Below, piece by piece: positions 53,703-64,000 of a stretch of 64,000 bases of DNA; position 1 is the first letter of the stretch; each line of letters begins with the position of its first letter. The notes under the pieces were generated by a model. The model did not search any database. It had not been told where the DNA came from and saw only the letters and a program-made list of their open reading frames with translations. The DNA comes from Psilocybe cubensis (Eukaryota), in contig CM039008.1 in the NCBI GenBank assembly GCA_017499595.2, positions 2,976,001-3,040,000 of the forward strand, written 5' to 3'. The translations under genes and the position numbers were made by a program.

Positions 53703-54528
53703 AAGCTCTTGCCTGACTCTTCATCCTCCTCTTTCTCAGAGGGTGTCGACTGAGCCAGCGGCGTGGACGTACGGCCATCCTTCCAGCGTCCTCCAATCCC
53801 CCGCTATCGCCCTCGTGTCATTACCAGCCAATCGCACCTTGGGTTCGAGACGGCGGCGCTGCGATGAGAGTTCGCACCGCGGGAAAGATCTGGGACAACA
53901 GTGTCATGTGAGTGAGACTCTTCCTCTTTTTCTGCTCACTTACCTTCGCTTGTATACTAGTTGATGGCGGGGTGCGCGCTATGACAAGTCGCGTTGTCGT
54001 ACACGATGCGCCTTGTTAGGAATGTCCTGCCAAGGTGCGTCACCACCCTTTATCAGTCTTAATTACTGTACTAACCTTACCTGCCATTCCTTCTTTGAGA
54101 TCGACGATGACGACGACGACACAGGCGGGGTCAAGGGAGCAGAGTGACGAACTGCGAATACTTGTAAGTTACCTACGCAGCTGGAATTTCACGCTTGCTC
54201 ACCTCTTGTCTTTTCAGCGTGTCTGTATCGGTGTTGTTGGCGTGCGACTGCGATAGGGAGTTGAGGGGTACTGCGACGGCAAGAGGTCAGTCATTGGAAA
54301 ACTATGTCATACTCTGATGCTCACTGTTGTTTTACCACTTCCAGTCACTTCAAATCACCATCGTTGGCCTCGTATCTTCTTATGGATCAAGGGTGTCGGG
54401 GGCTGTCATAGGAGATGATGGAAAGGACCTTTACTTACCCAAGAATGCCCGCCACAACAGCGTACGCACACCGGAGACCGACTGACACCGGGGTGCGTTG
54501 CGATGAAAAGAAACCGCTGGCCAACGAC

Positions 54529-54918
54529 GAGCGCGTTGCTGGAAAAGTGCGTCAATGCTGTAGGTATGGGTTATCAAGGTTTCTACTCACCGTTTTGTTC
54601 CCACTCGCAACCGCGCCAGCATGTCCGTGTGTCTGTGCGTCAAGTCAAATTCCACATAGCATGCATTACGACGGACACTCACTATGGCATTGCGTTCCGA
54701 GTGCCCGCCACATCTGTGTACGCAGCAGGCTGTGAAGTGTAGTCGGTGAGGAGCGCCTCACTGGCAAGGTGCGTCAGCAATGTGTTTATAAACTGTCAGG
54801 TTTCTGCGTACTGTTTTGTTCCCTGTCGCAACCGCGCCCGCGTGTCCATGTGTCTGTGCGTCAAGTCAAACGCCGCGTAGCATGCATTGCAACGGACACT
54901 CGCTATGGCATCGCGTTT
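54529..54918 (+). repeat. Diverged tandem duplication (two ~170-bp blocks, ~220-bp period)
   Basis: GTTTTGTTCCC..TCGCAACCGCGCC..GTGTCTGTGCGTCAAGTCAAA..GCATGCATT..ACGGACACTC.CTATGGCAT occurs twice. Confidence 0.85.
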
Positions 54919-54958
54919 TGGCGGCATGTTGTTGACGAGAGAGGCAGAGGGGATTGTC

Positions 54959-55219
54959 GAGGTGCGTCGTCGACGTTTGCAATAGGTTGGAACTGCAGCG
55001 ATGGGCGGTGAGTCAGTACCAGGGCGCCGTTTAGGGGATGCTGCTCACCATACTACATCCTCAAGATTGTTCTGTCAAGCACACCGTCAGCGCCGTCGTT
55101 GAGACTACATACTGCAATACACATACCTTGTAGAGGTGCGTCGTCGACGTTTGCAATCGGTTGGAACTGCAGCGATGGGCGGGGAGTCAATACCAGGGCG
55201 TCGTTTAGGGGATGCTGCT
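54959..55219 (+). repeat. Near-identical direct repeat of ~87 bp
   Basis: GAGGTGCGTCGTCGACGTTTGCAAT.GGTTGGAACTGCAGCGATGGGCGG..TTTAGGGGATGCTGCT at 54959 and 55133. Confidence 0.9.
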
Positions 55220-55329
55220 GTCACTTGGCGCAGCGGCGAGGATGTGGGAGGTAGATGTGAGAGGGGGACAGCATGCAGAAACACTGCAGCACATCGGTTG
55301 AGTACACATCCAATCACAATACACAAACT

Positions 55330-56840
55330 CTACTCACCTGGAGATATGAATCGCGCCTTCAAGGACCGCCGCTGAGTGCAACATTGACGCGTCCACTCCC
55401 ATCTCGCTGCTCTGCCACTCTGGAATTTCGTTGTTGGTAGCAGTAGAGGTAAAAGCAGAGGACAGGAACAGGAACAGGGTCGGGGTCGGGTAACGAGCAT
55501 AAAAAGACGAGTAGCTCGGCGTCGAGTTCGAGTGTTGCGACGCTTCGCAGGAAGGGATCGAGTGATACGATCCGTACGGTCAAGTCGTCTGGACTTTTGT
55601 CGGTCGTTTCGGGTGCTGCTTCTGCTTCGTCTGATAGAGATAAAGATAAGGAGAAGGATGTGACTGCTGGTGCTGGTGTTGTGGATGAAGGTAGGCCGCG
55701 CTCGAAGGAGATGCAACTGCAGGCAAAGGGGTTGCCGACTTCCCCACCGCTCCCGCCGCTCCCTCTCTCTGTCGACTCGCCGAAACTGAAGGCGTCGCCT
55801 TTGCTCCCGTCCTTGATGCCACTTGCTTCTTCACTCACACATCCACCATCCTCATCATCCCTTTCACATCCACCATCCTCTTCTTCCCCCTCCCCTTCCC
55901 CACATGCACATGCCCATCCACATTCACATACACACTCGCCACCACCCCTACACCCAACTAAAAAATCATCAACGCTCACCAACACCACCACCGCCTCCAT
56001 CAACAAACCCCTCTCATCCATCGACTCCCTACTCGCATCCGACGTGCCCACGGGCGCTACACTTGAGATCGGCATCCCATGCTCATCTCGTCGAAGCGGA
56101 AGCGGCATCCCCCCCGCGAGCGAGAATGTCGTAGACGCAACAGCTGTCCCAAACTCTAAGTAAAGGTAATAATGTAAATAAAATAAAAATAAAGAAAATA
56201 ATAATACCCTCCTGTCGTTGATGGCGACGAGTACGACAGGTTGGAAAATTAGGTCTGCTCCCGCCTCCTGCACTGCTCATGAAGCCGCAGACTAATCTAC
56301 TGCATTCCACAAGTACGTAGGTAAAGTCGAGAGGAAATGCAGCGTTCTCGTTCATGCACTCCATGCACACGATACACTCGTGCTGAGCGTTGGCTGAGCG
56401 TTTTACCAGCGTTTACGGATTTCGCCAGTCCGGGAGACATGAAGAGGTTTGAACGGGAGTTGGGTTTGCTTCTGCGCGAATTGGCGCGTTTGGTTAGATA
56501 TTGTATGAATTGCATCGTGTTTGTATGCGGATGAAAATGGGTTGCAACAACGATAAGCACCTTTAAAAAAAGGGGGGAAGGGAAAGGAAACCTTGAATAT
56601 TTTCATGAACCCAGCAATATTGGGTTTTGTGCAGGGAACCAGGTTGTGCACGTCCGCGACGGGGATAGCAATCTCATCGAGACCACGGAAGCGCTCTTCA
56701 AGCCCGTGGAACTCGTCGGACTCTTCCTCTTCATCATGTTTGTAAGGGAGAATGTGTCCGAGCCAGCGTCGTGGGCGTACGGGTCGCAGAGCTGCGCCTT
56801 TATCTCAGCGTTGAGCTGTTTTGGGGAGGTGGATGGTTAA
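55330..56840 (+). pseudogene. Degenerate gene fragment: S/P/H-rich exon followed by a helical coding-like segment
   Basis: Long low-complexity ORF 55597-56163 plus ERWLSVLPAFTDFASPGDMKRFERELGLLLREL and TEALFKPVELVGLFLFIMF. No intact model could be built. Confidence 0.35.
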
Positions 56841-57581
56841 TCTGCACGTCTGCACGTCTTTTTCCGCCTCGTATGTAGTCCTGTAGAACTTGGATGTTAG
56901 ATGTCTTATGACGAAGACGAAGATTAAGGTTAGATATAGACAGTATGGAATCACGACGTACATTGAACGCAGAGCGTCATGGAAGGGTGGACAGGCCGAA
57001 GACGATTCTACAGAACGATGGCATTGGTTGACAGGTCACGCAAGACAAGCTGGGGAAGGAAACACACCTGCGCGGGGCATCAACGGCGTCTTTCCTACAA
57101 GCTCAACTGACAGGCACACGGTGTGTTTCGACTATGATCGACGACTTTGACTGGGGAGACACTATGTAGGACATCGGAGAGCTAGGGGGATCAGGAACAC
57201 AATCTAATCATGAGCATCAGTATATGATACTCAGATTCCGCGCGTCTAAGCGTCACCCTAGTCGCTGAAATCAACAGTGTCGTCTTTTTGGGTAAAAATG
57301 AACTGGCGCTGACGCTATGTGTAGACGGGGGCGTTGCAGTTGCGTTGGAGGTTCTGTCGCTGGCGTTGACGACGGCGATGCTGCGAAGAACATGAGAAAG
57401 GAGAGGCCTACAGGAAGGGTGCACGGGGTCATGGTGTAACGTCAGTGCTCGCAGGGAAGTTGGCGTACCCAGAAGAGGGGGAAAGAATAAGTTGTCCCAG
57501 TAAAGATTGCCGATTAAAGGAACTATTGAGGTCTGCGTATGTTGTGCGCAAATTTTAGACCTGAGAGACAGCGAGAAAGAT

Positions 57582-58055
57582 GGGAAGCGCGTCAACATGT
57601 GCTCCTCCAATTGGCGCATACAGATCAACTTTCTCGGTATTAGTTATATTGACAGAAGCGAGTTAAGTCTTGAAGCTCGTCGGTGCATACGGTGTTCGAG
57701 GTAACGTGCAGGAAACATGCACGATTAGGGTACATGGGTATAGTGGGAAGTACAACTCCAGGGCGCGCTGAGCGTGTTCGGATCCGGCCGGCCCGGAAGA
57801 CGTGTGCCGCGGGAAGCACCTCAACACGTGCTCCTCCAATTGGCGCATACAGATCAACTTTCTCGGTATTTGCAGTTAGATTGACAGAAGCGAGTTAAGT
57901 CTTGCAGCTCGTCGGTGCATACAGTGTTCAAGGTGGCGTGCAGGAAACAGGCACGATTAGGGTACAAGGGTATAGTGGAAAGTACAACTCCTTCTGTTCA
58001 GGGCGTGCTGAGCGTGTTATGAGCGTGTTCGGATCCGGCCGGCCCGGAAGACGTG
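57582..58055 (+). repeat. Tandem duplication, ~230-bp unit
   Basis: GTGCTCCTCCAATTGGCGCATACAGATCAACTTTCTCGGTATT...GGATCCGGCCGGCCCGGAAGACGTG is present twice (57582-57804, 57811-58055). Confidence 0.92.
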
Positions 58056-59090
58056 TACCGCATACAAAGAGCTTCACGCGCGTGCAGAGCGCATAACCTG
58101 CGCGTGGATATGACCGTTCCGGGGTATGAACGTGCTCCTTCCGTGAGCTGACCCGCCTCTCTGACTCGTCTACCAGCGCCATTTCCACCAGCTCCAATGT
58201 CACTTGTGCCGTTTCATCTTCCATCAGCACCGTATCTGTTGGAAGAAGACTTGAAGCCAGTGACTCACTACGCTCTCCGCTCCAATGCTATCTGATTCAC
58301 GCATGAATATGAGTGTGGGCTTGCCTGGTCGGCTGCCCGTGATATATTGAACAATTTAATAACGAATTAATCTAAATCAAATATATCAGATTCTTGCAAA
58401 TCAGATTTTGCGATACAGATCCGTCCAGAGATATACGTATTACAAACTTCAACTTACCTATGACGAAGTATGATTCAGGACCTGTATCGTGACCGGCTTA
58501 ACCCCCGCAGATTGAGCAGCGACCAAATAACGTGCGTTTGAGTGGAAGATTATCGTGTTGCTCAGTTGTCGAGACCCTATCGTGTAGATTTCACCCCGAC
58601 CTTGCCCTTCGACCGCAGATTCACCTGTTCATGGAAGTGAGCCGTGGGCACCGATGTCCTGGAATGATCAGAACGAAAATTTCTGCTTACCTCTCGTGAA
58701 AGGGACGCATGCGACGGGCGACGGCTTTTAAACCAGCCTCATTGAACACGATGACCGGTAGCATAGAGCGTAGTTTGACTCGTCAAGTGCGCTGAGTGTG
58801 TAACTCTGATTTCGCTGTCATTCTGGACTTTGCTTCGGAGTTCTAGCACCTAAAAAGGGGGTCAAAACCACAATAAGTTACGGTTTGAAGATCACTTAAC
58901 CTCCTCGCAAATCCTCCTTGCTCACAACTCTATAATGGTATCATTTAAGTATGCCCTGTACCAAACACGCATTACCTTTGAGGTATTTCTAATGCCTGAC
59001 TTTCAGACCTGATCCCACTAGCTACTCGCAGACATTAAAACCACGTAAAGTTATATACACATTATGAGTGCGCGTAACTACAAATGCTGG

Positions 59091-60747
59091 CTACAACTCT
59101 AAATTTTCTAAATTTCCCTCATTTGCGTTGAGGAGCCCGTAATATTGCGCCTTCGAAGTCAAGAAAGCGAACAACTAAGGTAGACATTGCTATTAGATAT
59201 AAAAGTTGAGGCCAGATGACGAATTCTTACAGCAAAAAGATATGGTGCCCAGTTAGCGTAAGTGCATGCCATGACAAAAGCAATGAAGGGACCATTGGTT
59301 CTGGCATAGTGAAGGAGCGTATTTGCAGGCTGTGTTTGAGTTTCACCGACGCCAACAAAGGGCTGGCTCCGCTTTTCCCACAGATAGATGAAGCCATTAG
59401 AAGATGCTGCAATACAGACTTTGCGACTCTCCGCCATGGTTACTGCAATCGCCTGTGTCATGTGAGCCTCTGTGAACATGTTTGAGCGTCAGAAAGCATA
59501 AGATACGGCAAAAGATCAAACCTTTTGGACTTGAGGTAAGGGTCTGCAGAACGTAATTATTGGCTACGTCAAAGATATGTACCTTATTAGTGTGGCTACC
59601 GCACACCGACAGTTTCGTGCCTTCAATGAAACGGCACTGCTTTATGAAGTATTTGTGGGTGGTCACGGAGTCCCCAACGGCTAGGGTCTGGAGAGGAGAC
59701 ATATCAGGAGTTTGGTAAACATCAAAATTGCCGTTGTTGAGATTGTTGACGATGATAACAGTCTGGTCGCTCGAAATCGCAGCAGATCCGCTACATGAGC
59801 TTATCAGTCGAATATAAGGTAAAATATGTTAATATGCGTACATCCCACTGGCGAGTTTTTTGGTCCAGAGCACTTCGCCATTGGAAGCGTCCCGACAACA
59901 ACTAGCAGAATTAAGAACAGTTAGAACAGTTGAACAGCGTGGTTAATTGATATTACGTTGATAAACATACACGTCACCATTCTCTAGTCCGAAGGACAGC
60001 AACTTTTCATTTGTTGACCCGAAGAAGAGGACCGACGTCGGAATACCAGGTCGGTTACTGGGAGCTTCCCAGACGAGATTCGCTGAGCCAGCTACAGGCA
60101 ATAAATAAATGGTACAGAAGAAACCAGGAATAACCCTTACCGACTGCATCAACAGAATACATCTTAACAGCTCCGGAATGACTGGAAGCAATCAGCCTGC
60201 CGTTTATCTTATCAAATACGAGGTTCTCCACGATGTCATTTGGGGTGAACAGCTGGATTACGGTTCCTCTCTCCGTGAAAGGCTACGAGAGAGAATTAGT
60301 GACTCGCTAGGATATCCTCTGATTGGCACACCTTAACAGAACGAGAGTCCATTAAAAACATGCTCATACCACCAAAAACATTCCCGACGCATAATACGGT
60401 TGAGGGCTCCCTCGAAGGTAATTCGGTATACGCCCACGCTAGGCAACTAACTTGCCCCCACTGCTTGTTCTCGAGGACTTGTTCAGTCCGGAAAGTTTCC
60501 GTGTTCCATATAAAAACCTTGTCGCGGTCACCTATTTTGTTGCATCAGATTCTCGTTCCAATAGTGAAAAGCAAAGAAATAGTATACCTGCAGCGACCAA
60601 AAATTTTCCATTGCTCGAGAAGAGCAAGTGATCAACGTGTTCAATCCCTGGGTTCTTCAACTCCTTCGCAAGGACGAAAGAGCTATTCTGTTTCAACGGT
60701 TAAAGTAAATATTCTACATTTCAAATGTCACGACGTACCAAGTTCAT
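59091..60747 (-). CDS. WD40/beta-propeller protein with C-terminal hydrophobic segment (multi-exon)
   Basis: Spliced: MNL|NSSF..LLFSSNGKFLVAA|GDRDKVFIWN..QWGQVSCLAW..LIASSHSGAVKMY..SAAISSDQTVIIVNN..CGSHTNKVHIFD..GFIYLWE..FIAFVMACTYANW. The 3' end is tentative because further exon-like segments continue to ~58400. Confidence 0.78.
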
Positions 60748-61614
60748 GATGTATAAGTAGGTATAAGTAGACAGATAGGATAGCACTGTGGTGTACGGGC
60801 AAATGTGGCAAAATGTTTGATTTGTGGGGTGAAGGTACTTTTATTCAAAGCCTGCCGTGTCTTGTCTTTAAGATTGAGTACGTCGTGTTGCCTTTCAGCT
60901 CACCGGAGATATGCCTAGCGCTGGATCCGCCTTTCGACACAAGCGGGTCATCAACGAGACGACAGCGTGTTTGTTTCGTTTATTCTCTCACCCGGGATCC
61001 CTTTCACTATCACTATACAATCCGAGCTTTGTTATTTTTCAGTTATGTTTGGGTGGGATGCTTTAGCAGACTTCAGTTTCTCTCACTCTACTAGAAGAAG
61101 TAATCTAACTACAGGAGTCGCTGAAACTACGTATTTTTTACAGACTGTCGGGTCGTGGTGGAGGAAGAGCGAACCGTGCGAAAATGCTTGAACGAGAATA
61201 TTATAGTGCACAGATTTCCATGCCGCTTCGGCAACTCGCCGAAGCGGCATGGAAATCAACACGGTATATCAATGCTGGCGCGCGACCGGACCACCTTTCC
61301 GACCTTCTTTGTTCATCTCCTCGTCATGGGGAAACATCGTCTTCCTCGATGAAAGAGTTCTTTCTGTATAATTTGTAATTGTACCCTTTCTGAATCAATA
61401 GACCTAATAGATCAGTGTGAAAGCAATCAAGCAGTCCTCCGCAAAAGCCGTTTGACGCGTAAAACACGCCCACAGCGACTTGATAATGCCTGTGTGCTAT
61501 CGACTGTGCGTATATTTCAAGCCCCTCGCCATCCTACCCTTCTCATATTATCAATTCACCACCAACCTTTCTTAGACGCTCTTTTCTGCCTCCTTTCAAC
61601 TTACTCGTACGACC

Positions 61615-62536
61615 ATGGAGAACACTACTCGTCAAGCTTCGTCATCAGGTTCCCTGGTGGAACCTGTCCCCATGGCCGTCTCCGAACCCTATATCGGATT
61701 TCACCACCCTATGGTAACATCGCATATCAACTTTACACCAGTCTCTCGTTCTGCTCCTCCTGTTCCCAAAACAGCCATGAGGATTAATTGGGAACCAAGG
61801 AGGTCTTCCGCTGATTTACCTGACGATAACGACGACCCCTCACTTGCCCCTGCACCTGCTAACCCTTCACAGTCAACTTCCTCGTCTGCCAACTCTCCGA
61901 ACCCAGACCCTCCGAACCCTGCTGCGACGGCAGGGCCGTCGCAAACCACTTTACCCGCTCAAGGTGTCGCTACCGCAGGGCCCTCGTCTGCGCCAGTAGG
62001 CACTTCAAAAGTCATCATTATCCGGAAGCCCCCAGGTGAACCCGGTCGCCCAGGATCGGGTGGTTTTAATTTGGAAGATGTACTTGTGGGCGAGCACGAC
62101 TGGGCCTTATCGGACGTTGAAACCCTGCAGGTAAGTTTATTTCGTTCGTCCTATATGTCTTTTCTTTACTCTATCACACAGGATTGGCTTCGCAGAGAGG
62201 CGACCAAGACTCTCCGGCTCGATGCTAGTTATCGGTCGCAAAACCCGAGACTGATTGAGAGAATATGCAACAAGGTGTGTTCTGGTTTCAGTTCTGCTCA
62301 ACTTATCTCATGTTTTGCAGGCTATGCGTCCCGAGCACTGGCCTGTTTTGGCTAATTACGACAACTGTTGGCCTGTCAAGAGTGCCCTGAAATTGATCCT
62401 CAAATACAAATCTGAAGCCTCGCGACGGGTAGAAGGGCGGAAAATGGCTGTGCGCGTTCGTAAAGCTATCAATAACCAAGAGGGCTCGCATGAATCGTCT
62501 AGCGAGGGCGGCAGTGGTAGCGATGAAGAGGCCTGA
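61615..62536 (+). CDS. Conserved agaricomycete hypothetical protein (KPxGEPGRPxSGGFNL..W..CWPV motif family), 3 exons
   Basis: P/S-rich N-terminus, then IRKPPGEPGRPGSGGFNLEDVL..W|DWLR..YRSQ..ICNK|..PVLANYDNCWPVKSALKLILKYKSE and an acidic tail. Introns are canonical and in frame. Confidence 0.75.
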
Positions 62537-63192
62537 ATTCCCTCCCCCCAACTCTATACCATTGTGCCCTGGCTTGTTATACCTGTCCTTCCTTTATTTG
62601 TAATGGTCTCTCCTCTCTACTCTTTTTTTCACGTTCATTTCCACATGCACTATTCATGTCCGACTCTAATCCACGTTCCTTTCCTCCTGCATCTGTTATT
62701 GCATACTATTCGGGTTTGAAACTCGTTGACATTGCTTTTCTTTACCCCGTCGCTCGTTTCCTGTACAACCTTTCTTCCCATACCATTATCAAATGTCTTA
62801 ATGTGGAAATCCCTATGTCTCAATTTTAAAGTCATAGTCGCTCACTGTGAGGATGCACATCGTCTCCGAAAGTTTAATGGAAGTTTTCTGTCAGAAGACA
62901 AATTAGACATGAGCTATGATCCGCTTCCGAGCCCATTTTGACAAGTAAGTCTTGAACACATCGAAACCCAAGCTTGATTCTAACTTATCTAGACACGTTT
63001 GAACACGCCGGCCGAACTTCAATAACTTATTGTATCTGCCATAACGTTACACTGTGAGTACAACTGTTGTGGAGATAAGATTAGGTAACTACAAGGTAAC
63101 TAAACTATCCAGGGTCGCTCGAAAGTCACAGGATAAAAGTTGCGATTCTCCCTTCCCCACGACTTTTGTCGTCTGCTACCATCTACAAAACT

Positions 63193-63720
63193 ATGGAATC
63201 GGGAGACGGATATTGCGCCAGAAACCACTATCACTTCCCGGACACACAGCGGCAGCAATTGCGGCAATTTCATGTCATCACATCACCCGCTCAATCTGTA
63301 CCAACCTATTCCCATCTACCTTTTCCAGACGGCGATGGGCACCCTAAATGCCCCAGTTGCACGAAGTCCATGAATAATGCAAATCGAAACCCCCCGTATA
63401 ACCAACGCTTTACTTATCGATCACACGTATCACTCGCAAATAATGCAAACCGAAGTCCTTTGCCATACAATCAGGTCTCACTCACTCGGCCACCTGAGCT
63501 ACTCGACGTCACTCTTCCAAGTGATTATCTGAGTATTTTGGTCCGAGTTCAACATCCCACAATTGACCCCGGGGCTTCCTCCACTAATCGATCGAACTTC
63601 GAGCCTCATCCGTGCCCGTATATTTGCCAACTTTGTCCCTACCTTCAACAGATCATGTATCAAGAAGGCCCTCCCGAAGATATAGTCGGGATACAAGCAG
63701 TACGTTCAGCTTCCGTATAG
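63193..63720 (+). CDS. Hypothetical protein with Cys/His clusters and a short internal repeat
   Basis: ORF from ATG 63193 with HPKCPSC, HPCPYICQLC and NNANRNPPYNQ/NNANRSPLPYNQ. No family recognised. Confidence 0.3.
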   Translation: MESGDGYCARNHYHFPDTQRQQLRQFHVITSPAQSVPTYSHLPFPDGDGHPKCPSCTKSMNNANRNPPYNQRFTYRSHVSLANNANRSPLPYNQVSLTRPPELLDVTLPSDYLSILVRVQHPTIDPGASSTNRSNFEPHPCPYICQLCPYLQQIMYQEGPPEDIVGIQAVRSASV

Positions 63721-64000
63721 TTCGCATTGCCTTGTACTTATCAAGAATTTCCCCACAGCGATCACCGATACCCCCTGAGAAAATATCTACCTATTCGGAA
63801 TTGACACCCCATCTCCAATATATGCAACAACATCAACGTCAACGATCGGAGGAAAGATAATCTCGAGCAAGGGTATTAAGTTCCTGCGCCATGCTTCCTG
63901 TTCTAATAATTCATGAGTTTGTAACAATGTCAGAGTCACTGGTTCTATTTAATTTTACCGCGACTTTCTATGAACGAATGCAACCATAAGGGTTTATGTG

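Noticed and set aside
55359-56273. 304-aa minus-strand ORF
   Set aside because: Antisense shadow of the low-complexity plus-strand frame.
1-64000. RiPP precursor (MSDIN or kexin-repeat type) or other backbone gene to partner the P450s
   Set aside because: No MSDIN leader, KR-delimited repeat peptide, terpene synthase, PKS or NRPS motifs were seen in the ORF track or by eye.

Overview
Intron-rich fungal genomic DNA, most consistent with a mushroom-forming basidiomycete (Agaricales; inferred from ~50-60 nt GT/GC-AG introns and the gene families present). The left ~24 kb is gene-dense: three tandem, apparently intact 13-exon cytochrome P450 paralogues, a DUF6533-type membrane protein, an intron-poor HET/TOL-like protein flanked by one intact and one fragmentary multi-pass membrane gene, a LINE remnant and a DUF6699 protein. 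The middle (24-48 kb) is mostly degenerate accessory DNA: two hypothetical genes, a 5'-truncated polyadenylated LINE that appears to sit inside a short intron, and a ~1.3 kb duplicated gene relic. At 48-50.8 kb a NACHT-like/ankyrin NLR-type pseudogene is cut inside an intron by a sequence that begins CACTG and carries dense TGTAAGT subterminal repeats. I read this as the left end of a large CACTA/CMC-type element whose right end is not in the window. The putative cargo includes a frameshifted SOF1/DCAF13 fragment, tandemly duplicated gene relics, a WD40+TM gene and other hypothetical genes. Family names come from motif recognition by eye, not from searches, and exon boundaries were placed by hand.
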